The notes under the pieces are model-generated. The model saw only the letters and a program-made list of their open reading frames with translations. It did not search any database and had not been told where the DNA came from. A stretch of DNA of 64,000 nucleotides from a virus (lineage: Duplodnaviria > Heunggongvirae > Uroviricota > Caudoviricetes), in the IMG/VR virus record IMGVR_UViG_3300042564_000253. The stretch is one strand, 5' to 3'. The position numbers and the translations under genes were made by a program. Of this stretch, positions 1-9,785 are shown piece by piece; the stretch's first letter is position 1; each line of letters begins with the position of its first letter.

Positions 1-3000
1 GCTTCAAAGATACTCTTAGCTTCATCTGGTGTAAACTTTCTATTGTTTAACCACTGCAATGTGTCACCATATTGCAACATTGGTCTTCCTTTAGGGATAT
101 TATAGTTTTCTCCATTGTGAGAAATGATTCCTGTTGTAGAAACTACAATTACATTAGCTTGATTCTTAATCTTCTTTTCAGGGATTAAGTTATCACCAAC
201 ATGATTAGTTTCAGGCTTACCATCTACAGGAGTTTCAACAGCCATACCTCTAGAGATAGAGAAGCTGTATAACTGTGGATTGTTAGGATCTGAAGCAAAC
301 ACATCTGCCCTTGCTTTCTTCCAAGCCTCCATATATGCTTCTGCTTCTGCCTCCTCACCTTTTTTAAATCTAGGCACAGGATTGCCTTGAGCATCTTTGT
401 AATTATAATACAATGATGCTGTAGGCATATTAGCAAATACTAAACTATTAACATCTGCTTGTGTACCATCTACTTTAGATAAACGCTTACCATCTTTATC
501 AACATAATAAAGAGTGCTACCCTCTTGTTCCACATAAACAGCAGTTACCAATCCATTATCTACATCAATAAGCTTTGCTTGCTCCTCAGGTGTAAATGTT
601 TCTTGGCCATAAGCTACATTATCAAGAGTGGTTAATCCTAATCCTTTATATTGTTTAGGAGTGACAAGCATCACTTTGATGTTGTCTCTATTAGGGAAGT
701 TCTTAACATTGTTTAAGAACTGTCTTGTACGTATTTGATATGTCTTAGAAGGAGCAACACCATCATCCATTGAGTCTACAGTGGAGATAAAGAATATATC
801 AACTCTCTTCTTCTTAGGTTCTTTTACTTGTTGTTCTTTGCTTGGGTCATCAGTAGATACTGCTCCAGACTTTATTTCTATTCTAGTTTGAGCAGCTCCT
901 AACTGATTAGCTATCTTCTGTAGTTTCTCTTGATCTGTTTGAACTCTACTGAAACCAGATAACTTTCTAGGATTAATATCATAGATGTCACCATTAACAT
1001 CTTCTATCTTAATTGAACCATCTGGATTAAGAGCCAAAACCTTAATCTTCTGTAAGTTATTAAACTCATCAGTTAGTTCATCAGATCTTTCTTGTGCTTT
1101 TTCTTTGCTAGGAAGTATCTCATATGTTCCATCAGGAGATACAACTTGCCATCTATCATCATCAAGTTTATTAATCTTTGTCTTATACACCTTACCCATC
1201 TCATACTCTCTATCCACTTCAAGATTCTCAGCTTGTTTATTAGCATTGTTGAATCTAAACTTTACAGGTTCTTTAGGTGTCTCTGGTGTAGGAGCAGTTT
1301 CTTCTTTCTTCTCTTCCTCATTTACAACAGCATCTTTATCAGAAGCCATTTCTTCTGCCTCTTTGAAGTATTTCTCAAAGCCTTCTTTAGTAGACATCTC
1401 ATCATAAGCCTTAGATGCATCCTTCTTTCTTTTTTCTAAAGCGTTGATATCTACACTATAATCCATTAATTCTTGAGCATGTAAAGAAGCTACAGATTTA
1501 CCTAATGTAGCATCTTGACCATTCAACTCAAAGTTTAATAAACTATCAAATGTTTTATCATCTACCTTACCAGTATTAAGTGCTTGGGCAATTAGTTCAG
1601 ATCTTGTACGTAATGCTTTGATCTGATCATTTATTTTCTTCTTATCTACAGGTGTAGTGTAATCTGTAATAGTCTTCTTTAAAGATGTAGCTTTCTCTTC
1701 ATAGAACTTAGCTAACTCTGCAAGACCTTGATTATTAGTAAGTTGTGATAATACGTCTGTAGTGATATTAGGATTAATCTTATTAACAGACTCTTGAATA
1801 GATTGAATTCTACTATCTGCAAGCGTTGGCATTGCAGCAAAATAGGTTAAGTCTTTCTTATACTTTTCAAATGTAATATAGTTGTTAGCCTCAACAATAC
1901 TATTTATATCATCAGCATTATAGTTTATCTTAAATGGATTCTTAAATGTATTATTGATAGTTTCATATGTATCTTTAATATCATTTGATTTGGCAATCAT
2001 ACCATCTACATATTCACTTACAGTGGCTCTGTTTGTAGAATTGAAATCCAATTGGAACATACTTTCAAACTGTTCTTTGGATAGATTTTTCAACATATTC
2101 AATTGCTCAACTGTTACATCATGCATTCCTGATGGAAGACGAGATGTTACAAAGTTGAAGAACTCATCAGCCTGTAAGTTTTTATATTTAAATACATCAC
2201 CTGAAGCAGCAGCTTCTTCCATATCTTTTGCAATACCTGCAGAAGTTACAGTGTTATCATAGTTATTCTGTAATGTACTAGTAATACCCACTTGATTAAG
2301 TACATTAGTTGCTGTAGCTAATCTAGCGTCTTTACTTAATCCTCTCTTAGCATCAATCCCACTTTGTACACCACCAACAACAAGACCTGTTAATCCACCA
2401 ATCAACATGTTCTCAAGACCTTCTGTGCTAGTAAATTGTTCATTCAATCCATAGACAGTAGAATTGATTAATTCATTAACACCATTCCATTGTTCCTTAT
2501 ACTTATCACTCTTGTACTTTCTTGTGTAATAATCATATGTTCCTCTCTCAGCTGCAAACTGTCCACCTTCTTCAAACACACCTTCTCTAAATACATTAGC
2601 ACCTGTTGGTCTAACACTTTCCCATACCTTTCCTAAAACAGATGTAGCTGCCTTTTTTTCAAACACATCTAAGCTACCTTCTTTTAATCCTACTTTACCA
2701 AGTCCTTCTAACTCTTGTGTAAGTGATCCAGATATAGCTCTGCTGCCTGGAACACCAACCATTGTTTTAAATAAGTTATTGAACTGTAATGAGTTAGATA
2801 CAGTGAGTAATGCCATGTTAATACCAAACCTGGTATTCATAGCATTTGTAGAAAGGTTTTCTATTTGTTGTAAATCATCTCCTGTAGGCTCTTCTCCTGC
2901 ATGAGTGAGTTTGTATTGGTTAGTTAATTCATCCTTAACCATACTATATCCATTCCTAGACTCAACACCAGCTTCTGTCATAGCAGAACCTAATATAGCT

Positions 3001-3908
3001 GTGGTAGTTCTAAATCCTTTTCCTAATTTTGCAGCTGCTGCCAATTGAGCAAGTTCAGTTACTTTGAACATCTGAGCTTCTGTCTTACCAAGTTGTTCAC
3101 CTAGTTTTTCAAGTCTTCCTAATTTAGAAAGTTGTGTTGCTCCTAATCCTCTACCTACAGCAGTCTCAGCACTAAATAATTTATTTAGATATAATGAAGC
3201 CTTACCAATTTGGTTGGCTAATAATGGAATCTCACCTATACCTTCTGTTACAGCACCTATTGCAATATCTTGTACAACAGCACCACCAACAGCTCCTAAC
3301 ATAAATCCTAGGTTGGGAATAAACTTCTCACCCCACCAATATGCATTTCCTTTCATAAAAGGAATAGCAGATAAGAAAGGATTCTCTCTAACATACTTAC
3401 TAGCATAGTTAGGAAGATCCTCATTTATATTTTTTATCCAGTTATCAATAGATCCTTCATAACCATCTGGATCTCCTGATAACTCAGATAGATCTTTTGA
3501 TCTTGCAGCATCCACTACATTAGGAAAGTTTGTTAAAGATTGAGCAAAGGTTCCAGCTCCTATCAATCCCATCTTAGCAATACCATTACCTAATATCTTA
3601 TACCAAGGTTGGCCCTCTGCATATACATCTTCTAAATCAGGCATATTCCTATCATAGATAGGATAGCGTCTGTTTGCATATATTTCAGCAGCAGAAATAG
3701 AACCAAAAGATTTACCAAATCCTTTTGGAGCTACGTCTGGTAAATTTATTATTTCATCAATACTTAATCCACGTTGTTTTTCAGGACCATATAAAGCCCC
3801 TCCAATAGATAAGTCTACTGGCTTTGCAGAACCTAAAACAGATTTAGGTGCACCTAATTCATTTAAGTAATCATTATCTTGTATAGGTTCTTGCTCAGAT
3901 ATTGCCAT
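1..3908 (-). CDS. Very large virion-associated protein, partial. The ATG is at 3908 and the ORF runs off the window start, so it is more than 1300 aa. The N-terminal third is Gly-rich and hydrophobic. Candidate internal/ejection or tape-measure-like protein.
   Basis: My own translation of the reverse complement starts MAISEQEPIQDNDYLNELGAPKS at 3908 and I met no stop before position 1. The ORF track lists no complete minus-strand ORF here, as expected for a truncated frame. It is co-directional with and adjacent to the structural genes. Confidence 0.6.
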   Translation of the reverse strand, partial: MAISEQEPIQDNDYLNELGAPKSVLGSAKPVDLSIGGALYGPEKQRGLSIDEIINLPDVAPKGFGKSFGSISAAEIYANRRYPIYDRNMPDLEDVYAEGQPWYKILGNGIAKMGLIGAGTFAQSLTNFPNVVDAARSKDLSELSGDPDGYEGSIDNWIKNINEDLPNYASKYVRENPFLSAIPFMKGNAYWWGEKFIPNLGFMLGAVGGAVVQDIAIGAVTEGIGEIPLLANQIGKASLYLNKLFSAETAVGRGLGATQLSKLGRLEKLGEQLGKTEAQMFKVTELAQLAAAAKLGKGFRTTTAILGSAMTEAGVESRNGYSMVKDELTNQYKLTHAGEEPTGDDLQQIENLSTNAMNTRFGINMALLTVSNSLQFNNLFKTMVGVPGSRAISGSLTQELEGLGKVGLKEGSLDVFEKKAATSVLGKVWESVRPTGANVFREGVFEEGGQFAAERGTYDYYTRKYKSDKYKEQWNGVNELINSTVYGLNEQFTSTEGLENMLIGGLTGLVVGGVQSGIDAKRGLSKDARLATATNVLNQVGITSTLQNNYDNTVTSAGIAKDMEEAAASGDVFKYKNLQADEFFNFVTSRLPSGMHDVTVEQLNMLKNLSKEQFESMFQLDFNSTNRATVSEYVDGMIAKSNDIKDTYETINNTFKNPFKINYNADDINSIVEANNYITFEKYKKDLTYFAAMPTLADSRIQSIQESVNKINPNITTDVLSQLTNNQGLAELAKFYEEKATSLKKTITDYTTPVDKKKINDQIKALRTRSELIAQALNTGKVDDKTFDSLLNFELNGQDATLGKSVASLHAQELMDYSVDINALEKRKKDASKAYDEMSTKEGFEKYFKEAEEMASDKDAVVNEEEKKEETAPTPETPKEPVKFRFNNANKQAENLEVDREYEMGKVYKTKINKLDDDRWQVVSPDGTYEILPSKEKAQERSDELTDEFNNLQKIKVLALNPDGSIKIEDVNGDIYDINPRKLSGFSRVQTDQEKLQKIANQLGAAQTRIEIKSGAVSTDDPSKEQQVKEPKKKRVDIFFISTVDSMDDGVAPSKTYQIRTRQFLNNVKNFPNRDNIKVMLVTPKQYKGLGLTTLDNVAYGQETFTPEEQAKLIDVDNGLVTAVYVEQEGSTLYYVDKDGKRLSKVDGTQADVNSLVFANMPTASLYYNYKDAQGNPVPRFKKGEEAEAEAYMEAWKKARADVFASDPNNPQLYSFSISRGMAVETPVDGKPETNHVGDNLIPEKKIKNQANVIVVSTTGIISHNGENYNIPKGRPMLQYGDTLQWLNNRKFTPDEAKSIFE

Positions 3909-3909
3909 G

Positions 3910-6618
3910 TTATTTCCAAGTTTTTTGTGCTTCTGTTATATTATCTTTATTCCAAAGACTCATTATTTGTAACATTTTTCCTTCTCCCTGATATCCATCA
4001 CTTAACTCTTTTCTTTTCCAACCATCTGTTTTAGGATCTTTTACATATCCAACAAATAAAAATTGATCTGTCTCTGATCTTCCTGTATTATTTGGACTTC
4101 CAATAATATCATATCTAAATAAAGGAGCATCTTTAGCTTTTTCTAATTGAGGAAGATCATATCCTGAGTATCTAGCATTCACTGCATTAGTAGGATTATC
4201 ATCTGTTGCACCTGCTAAGTTTGTTGTCTTAGTAGGAGATGTATATATTAAATCTCTTATTTGATTAAATGGACTCACTTGTGTTGCTTGTGGGAAGTAG
4301 TTACGTAAATCTTCAGGAAGTACAGGAATTATTTCTACAGTGGTTCCTTGTGATACTATTATTTGTGCAGTGCCATCTCTAAACTTCTCAAGCTCCCAAC
4401 CAACTTTTGCACCTCCTTCAGCACCACTTTTACGAGTGTTCCATAGCTTAGCTATATTATCAGCATTCCAATTTGGTTTTTGTTCAAGAGCATTGTATCT
4501 ACCTATAGCTTTGGTCAAGAATTTATCAATAGATAATTCATCACCTTTTACAAGATCAGGAGTTAAAGTTGCCTTTTGTGAAACAGTACTTGGACTTATA
4601 CCTACCAAAGCTTCAGATTCATACTTAGGTATATTTCCTGTTTCACGTTTAACTATATCTGATGCTGTATTAAATTTATTTAAAGCATCTGTTTCACTAG
4701 CAGTTAAAGCTTTTCCTGTTTGTCTTTTTAAAAGAGGAGCTACTATTGAATAGTATTTACCACCTTGATAATTTGAAAAGAAATCATTTGCTCCTTTCAC
4801 ATCAAAAGTAGCAGGAATGCCAGGACGACCTGGTACACCATACTCTCCTAATGCAGCTGATGTATAACTTGGAACACCTTCTTTTTTATATTCAGCCATT
4901 CTAACAGCAACGTCTGCTAGTTCTTTTGATGTAAACGTTTTTCCATTAATTACAACATCATTAGTACCAAGAGCAGTTGCTGTTTTATTAATAGCTTTAT
5001 CTATACCTTTTTTCTCTGCGTAGCTTATTGCATTTATTTTTGACTGAGCTGCATTATCTAATGCTTCAGCTTCTCTTATATATGCCTTTTGATTAGCAGT
5101 CAGATTCATTTGAGGATTCTTTCTATAATCATTTAACAATCCTCCAAGAGCAGTTGTATATTGTGTAGCATCTTTTAAATCAGGAAATATATATTTAGCC
5201 CATTTGCTATCTAATGTAGCCTTCTGTGATAATATATCTACTAAATCTTTTCTTTCGCTTCCCACTGTAGGGATGGCTTTACCTGTACCAATTGTTCCCT
5301 CAGTTACATCTAGTAAATTAGTAGGTGCAAGCTCTTGTGCTTTTACTAATTTTTCCCACGCAAGTCTCTCTCTTGTTGTAGCATAATTTAAAGCACGATA
5401 CTTACTTTCATCTTGAAACTGAAGTTGATCTAATTGAAACTTTTGTCTAGCTAATAATGCTTGAGATGCAGGGTTAGCTACTCTTTCTTCTTCATATGTT
5501 TTAAAAGATAACTCTTTAGCAAGACGACTGAAATGATTATCTACATAAACATCATATTTAACTGTATCTAATCCTTGCTCATTAATTTTTTTATCAAGAG
5601 TAGAAAGTTCTTCATTCATTTTTTTATCAAGAACTCCACCATCATACATATCTGTCAAGTTCTTAAGAATTGCATTTCCTTGAGACTTTTGTGCACTTGT
5701 TAATTTAGGATTTTGTAACTCAACAGCTAAATTAGTAATCTGTTCATTTAGCATATCCTTTTTTAACTTATATGTATCTAGTATAGAATCTTGAAAAGTT
5801 TTAGTGTTTGCTCCTTTAAACTTAGCCCAACTTGTAATCTTTAACTGTTCTATATCATCACTAGTTAAGTTATCAGTAAAGGTATCATATATCTGTTGAG
5901 CAGGAGTTCCTTTTACTTTGATCTTAAGCATATCAAGATCAAGTTGTTTTTCTCCTCCTTGTGAAGGATCTATAGAACTTATTGTAACTTTCTTCTTTGT
6001 TGTAGGATCTATAACAGTTTTAAAGTAAAGTGTTTCTCCTTTATCATTTCTTACAAAAGGATTATCAACACTTGTTGATGAAGGATTCTTCTTAAGTTCT
6101 TCTGCCAATCCTCTAAGCTTCTTATCTACATCTGTATAGGGTGTATATCTTCCTTTGAATGGAGTTTTTAAATCTTGATCAGTCATCCAGTTATTTACAT
6201 TAGATTCATAAAAATCTTCATTGTCTTTACCTGACTTACCTGCCTTTCTAGCAGCTTCTATTTCTGAATACCCTTTCTTAATAACACTTGTAGAATATAC
6301 AGCATTTTGAACTATAGGATCTTTAGCCACCTGACCTGTCATACCAGCAACAGAATTAACTAATTGTTGATTAGAGAAATCACCAGCAGCCACAGTCTTT
6401 AATCTACTACCAAGCTCATTCATCTTTGACTCAAGGTACTGCTTATGTTGAGGCTTAGCTATTTCTAGGCCAGATATTCTATCAATATAGCTCTGAACTT
6501 TTCGTACACCTTGGTCATATTGGGCCTGTTTGGCCATACCAACCTGGGCCATGGCCTCAACTGGGAGTTCCTGGATGTAGGGGTTAAACTGTGATATTTG
6601 ATCTGTAAAGGATGCCAT
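3910..6618 (-). CDS. Large virion structural protein, 902 aa, function unknown.
   Basis: An uninterrupted 902-aa ORF tightly packed in the minus-strand late operon. No motif I recognise. Confidence 0.6.
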   Translation of the reverse strand: MASFTDQISQFNPYIQELPVEAMAQVGMAKQAQYDQGVRKVQSYIDRISGLEIAKPQHKQYLESKMNELGSRLKTVAAGDFSNQQLVNSVAGMTGQVAKDPIVQNAVYSTSVIKKGYSEIEAARKAGKSGKDNEDFYESNVNNWMTDQDLKTPFKGRYTPYTDVDKKLRGLAEELKKNPSSTSVDNPFVRNDKGETLYFKTVIDPTTKKKVTISSIDPSQGGEKQLDLDMLKIKVKGTPAQQIYDTFTDNLTSDDIEQLKITSWAKFKGANTKTFQDSILDTYKLKKDMLNEQITNLAVELQNPKLTSAQKSQGNAILKNLTDMYDGGVLDKKMNEELSTLDKKINEQGLDTVKYDVYVDNHFSRLAKELSFKTYEEERVANPASQALLARQKFQLDQLQFQDESKYRALNYATTRERLAWEKLVKAQELAPTNLLDVTEGTIGTGKAIPTVGSERKDLVDILSQKATLDSKWAKYIFPDLKDATQYTTALGGLLNDYRKNPQMNLTANQKAYIREAEALDNAAQSKINAISYAEKKGIDKAINKTATALGTNDVVINGKTFTSKELADVAVRMAEYKKEGVPSYTSAALGEYGVPGRPGIPATFDVKGANDFFSNYQGGKYYSIVAPLLKRQTGKALTASETDALNKFNTASDIVKRETGNIPKYESEALVGISPSTVSQKATLTPDLVKGDELSIDKFLTKAIGRYNALEQKPNWNADNIAKLWNTRKSGAEGGAKVGWELEKFRDGTAQIIVSQGTTVEIIPVLPEDLRNYFPQATQVSPFNQIRDLIYTSPTKTTNLAGATDDNPTNAVNARYSGYDLPQLEKAKDAPLFRYDIIGSPNNTGRSETDQFLFVGYVKDPKTDGWKRKELSDGYQGEGKMLQIMSLWNKDNITEAQKTWK

Positions 6619-6704
6619 AATAATAATGTTAGCAAATGTAATTTAAAAATTTGGATCTACCAAGAGCGATAATGATTTTTGTTAATTTACTCTAACTGAA
6701 ATAG

Positions 6705-9700
6705 TTAGAGGTTTTTTAGAGCTTTGACAATTGAACTATTTCTAGCTTTAGTCTTTGGTGTCTTACCACCATTCTTATTATCTAAGAAGTTATCTAATTC
6801 TGATAGAGAAGGAGTGTTACCTGCCATTTCCTCTTTAGTTAATGTTCTAATTCCAACAGGTTCTCCTGTTACAGAATCTATCGTGAATCTCTTATTAGCT
6901 GGTAAACCTGCACCTGAAAGACCACCTCTTCTTGAACCACTACCTGATAAGTCAAACTGAGCAGGAGCATTCATGTTAATAGCTCTACCACTTGGAGAGA
7001 ATCTGAATCCATACATGTTCTCCATAATAGCTAGCTTTCTATTTGTTGCTCTTTGTTGTGCAGTCTTAGCAGCAATAGAACTTAAAGCAGCTTGGGTTTG
7101 AGCTTTGGTATTAGACTTAGCTTGAGACTGTCTAACGTATTGTTGATCATTGATTGCCAAGTTTTTAAGCTTAGCATCATTTATAATAGCTCTGTTCTTA
7201 TCATATACTCCCATCTTATTTGCCTGATTAACTCTATTTGATTCTCCAAATAACTTATTCTTAGCTTCTATTGTTTGAGCCATGATCATTGCTTGGGCAG
7301 CTGGATTTGAACCTGCAGCTCTAATGGCAGCTCTAGATTGAGAATCAATAGCATTGATTTGGTCATTGAAAGAAATGTCATATGGAGTATCTAACATTGG
7401 TTGATACTGTTGAGCCTGTACAGGTTCTAACTGATTCATAGCCATTGCATAATACTCAGGATACAATTGATCTGGAGGTAAGTCATCATTAGCATTGCTA
7501 GGTCTTAACCAAGGTTCTACATTAGATAAAACTGCTTTACCTATATCTCCTAATTTTTTCCAGTCAATTCCCTTACCTTCACCTTTACCTTGAGGTTCAG
7601 CATAAGCTTGAGCGTTAGTAAAAGGTCCAGGTAAGTCTGGCCATTCTAACAAGCTATAATCTATCTTTGGTTTCTTAGAAGAACTAACTATTGCTTCTGG
7701 AAGCATTGCAGCTTCAGCAGAACCAGGAAGACCTGAAGCTACTGGTATACCTCTTTTTATTTGCTCAAGAACTACAGGATCTATTTCACCTCCAACCTGA
7801 GCCTTCTTCATTTTCTTACCATTCTTTCCCATCATGCTTGGATCTGTTTCTTTTTCTAACTTACCTTCAGCTAACTTGTCACTCTTAACACCTAACTGTC
7901 TAGCTGTTTTGTGAATAGAGTCTTGTACTAATCCTGCTTCTTTAATCTTATCAGCATTAATTTTTTGTTGTGCTTTTGCACCCATAAGATTAGCCATACC
8001 AGAATTCATACCTAATTTATCATAGGAACTATTTCCATCATACTCTTCAATTAAGTCAAGTCCTTTTTGAATAGTCTTTAATTGCTTTGCATCATTCTTA
8101 GCTACATCAGCTATGTATGTTTTAAACTTCTTACCCTTTGCTTTTGGATCTCCTATAAGGTCTGCTATTTCTTTATTAATTTTAATATTACCAAACACAA
8201 CAAGGTTCTCTTTAGATCCACCATCTTCAAAGTTATTATCATCTTCTGAGCTATTGTCTTCTAGGATAGTAAATGGTTCACCACCTTCTACCTCTACACC
8301 ATTTTCACCATACTGAGTTTGGATGCCACCATTGTCATGAGATGCTCCTCTGAACATTCCTATCTCACCACCAGGTAAGTTAGGATTGTATGATAGAGTC
8401 TCTGCGTATCCACCATCTCCTATTTGTAACTCTCCACCTAATGCCATCTTTCCACCATCTTCCATACCTCCCATAGCTCCAAGTAATTGAGGAGTTTTTT
8501 CTAATGCATTTTTTAAACGAGTTCTACCAAACTTATCTATAACATATCCAGTAGCCATATTTGCTGCCATCATTGGAGCTGCCATAGCTAAGCCTACAAA
8601 AGCTTTAGGCATGTCTGGTCTACCAGTGTATAACGCTTCTGCACTAGGAGCTGTATACCCCACTTGTGCAATGTGTCCACCAGCTCTTAACATGTCTGCA
8701 TCATGTGGAGGTTTCAAAAGATCTTTAGCACTATACTCACCAAACTTAGTGAATGTCTGTGGCTGCCAATCATGACTAATCCATCCGCCATTCTTTACGT
8801 TTGCATTAAGAGGACCTTGAGATCTAGCTTGTTCAAATCCCATCATACTTGTATTCATTGCAGTCTTATCTTTCTGCTTTTGTAACTCTCTAGCATTCTT
8901 AGCACCACCTAACAAGTTACCTCCTATCTTACCTACAAGTTCTCCTACTATTGGAGGTAATCCAAACCCTTGAGCAATTGCTCCACCTACAGCACTACCA
9001 ATTTGTGCTTCACCAGAATCTTGGAAGTATTCTCCAAACTCTGCTTTAGGCATATTACCACCACGTCTGTATTGTTTCAATGTTTCTTCCATTGGTTCAT
9101 ATCCAAGGTCTGAATACAAATCCCCAGGAGTATATGTATTTTGTATCTCAGTAGGATTGCCACCTATCATTGTACCATTCTCAGCTTGTAAATAGTTTGT
9201 TTTATTACCATAAGGATTACCTAATTGTCCTGGTTGTACTAATGAATCTTCTGGTCTTACATATTGATTCTTAGGTCTTTCATTAGTTTGTTGAGCTGTC
9301 AAAGCAAGTCCTGATAACTCAGCACTTTGTTGTGCTTTCTTTCTTGCTTTCTTCTGTGCACCAATTGCTTCGATACCACCAATGATTTTACCTATTCCTT
9401 GTAGACCAGCCATACCTGCAGCACCTGCATTAAACCCTCCAGCTGCAGAAGCAACATTACCAAATCCTTCAGGAGGAGGAGTTGATCCATAGCCTGCAGC
9501 CATTGTATCAACTTGACTTACAGAGTTTCCACTCATAGGCATTTGAAACATTCCTGTATTAGGATTAACTGCACCACCACCTTGAAATTTAGTAGGATTG
9601 CCAAAGTCTGTAAGTTGGTGTAACTGATCGTTAACCATCTTACTACCCATAGCAGCTTTTTTAAATGCTTTACCATGAGCTTTCATAAATGCTTCTTCTG

Positions 9701-9767
9701 TAGGATACTTCTTGTAGAAGTCTTTCTCAGATTTTACTTTAGCAATTTTTAATATTTGGTCTTTCAT
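6705..9767 (-). CDS. Large Gly/Ala/Met-rich virion protein, 1020 aa. Candidate internal/ejection or tape-measure-like protein.
   Basis: 1020-aa ORF with low-complexity G/A/M stretches such as AAGGFNAGAAGMAGLQGIGKIIGG, sitting in the structural block. Confidence 0.6.
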   Translation of the reverse strand: MKDQILKIAKVKSEKDFYKKYPTEEAFMKAHGKAFKKAAMGSKMVNDQLHQLTDFGNPTKFQGGGAVNPNTGMFQMPMSGNSVSQVDTMAAGYGSTPPPEGFGNVASAAGGFNAGAAGMAGLQGIGKIIGGIEAIGAQKKARKKAQQSAELSGLALTAQQTNERPKNQYVRPEDSLVQPGQLGNPYGNKTNYLQAENGTMIGGNPTEIQNTYTPGDLYSDLGYEPMEETLKQYRRGGNMPKAEFGEYFQDSGEAQIGSAVGGAIAQGFGLPPIVGELVGKIGGNLLGGAKNARELQKQKDKTAMNTSMMGFEQARSQGPLNANVKNGGWISHDWQPQTFTKFGEYSAKDLLKPPHDADMLRAGGHIAQVGYTAPSAEALYTGRPDMPKAFVGLAMAAPMMAANMATGYVIDKFGRTRLKNALEKTPQLLGAMGGMEDGGKMALGGELQIGDGGYAETLSYNPNLPGGEIGMFRGASHDNGGIQTQYGENGVEVEGGEPFTILEDNSSEDDNNFEDGGSKENLVVFGNIKINKEIADLIGDPKAKGKKFKTYIADVAKNDAKQLKTIQKGLDLIEEYDGNSSYDKLGMNSGMANLMGAKAQQKINADKIKEAGLVQDSIHKTARQLGVKSDKLAEGKLEKETDPSMMGKNGKKMKKAQVGGEIDPVVLEQIKRGIPVASGLPGSAEAAMLPEAIVSSSKKPKIDYSLLEWPDLPGPFTNAQAYAEPQGKGEGKGIDWKKLGDIGKAVLSNVEPWLRPSNANDDLPPDQLYPEYYAMAMNQLEPVQAQQYQPMLDTPYDISFNDQINAIDSQSRAAIRAAGSNPAAQAMIMAQTIEAKNKLFGESNRVNQANKMGVYDKNRAIINDAKLKNLAINDQQYVRQSQAKSNTKAQTQAALSSIAAKTAQQRATNRKLAIMENMYGFRFSPSGRAINMNAPAQFDLSGSGSRRGGLSGAGLPANKRFTIDSVTGEPVGIRTLTKEEMAGNTPSLSELDNFLDNKNGGKTPKTKARNSSIVKALKNL

Positions 9768-9785
9768 ATTGAACTTTTGTATGAT

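Noticed and set aside
985-3408. Several 60-140 aa plus-strand ORFs at 985, 1092, 1954 and 3214, and a 70-aa minus ORF at 224.
   Set aside because: They lie entirely inside the long uninterrupted minus-strand frame at 1..3908. They have low-complexity Ser/Leu-rich translations typical of antisense frames.
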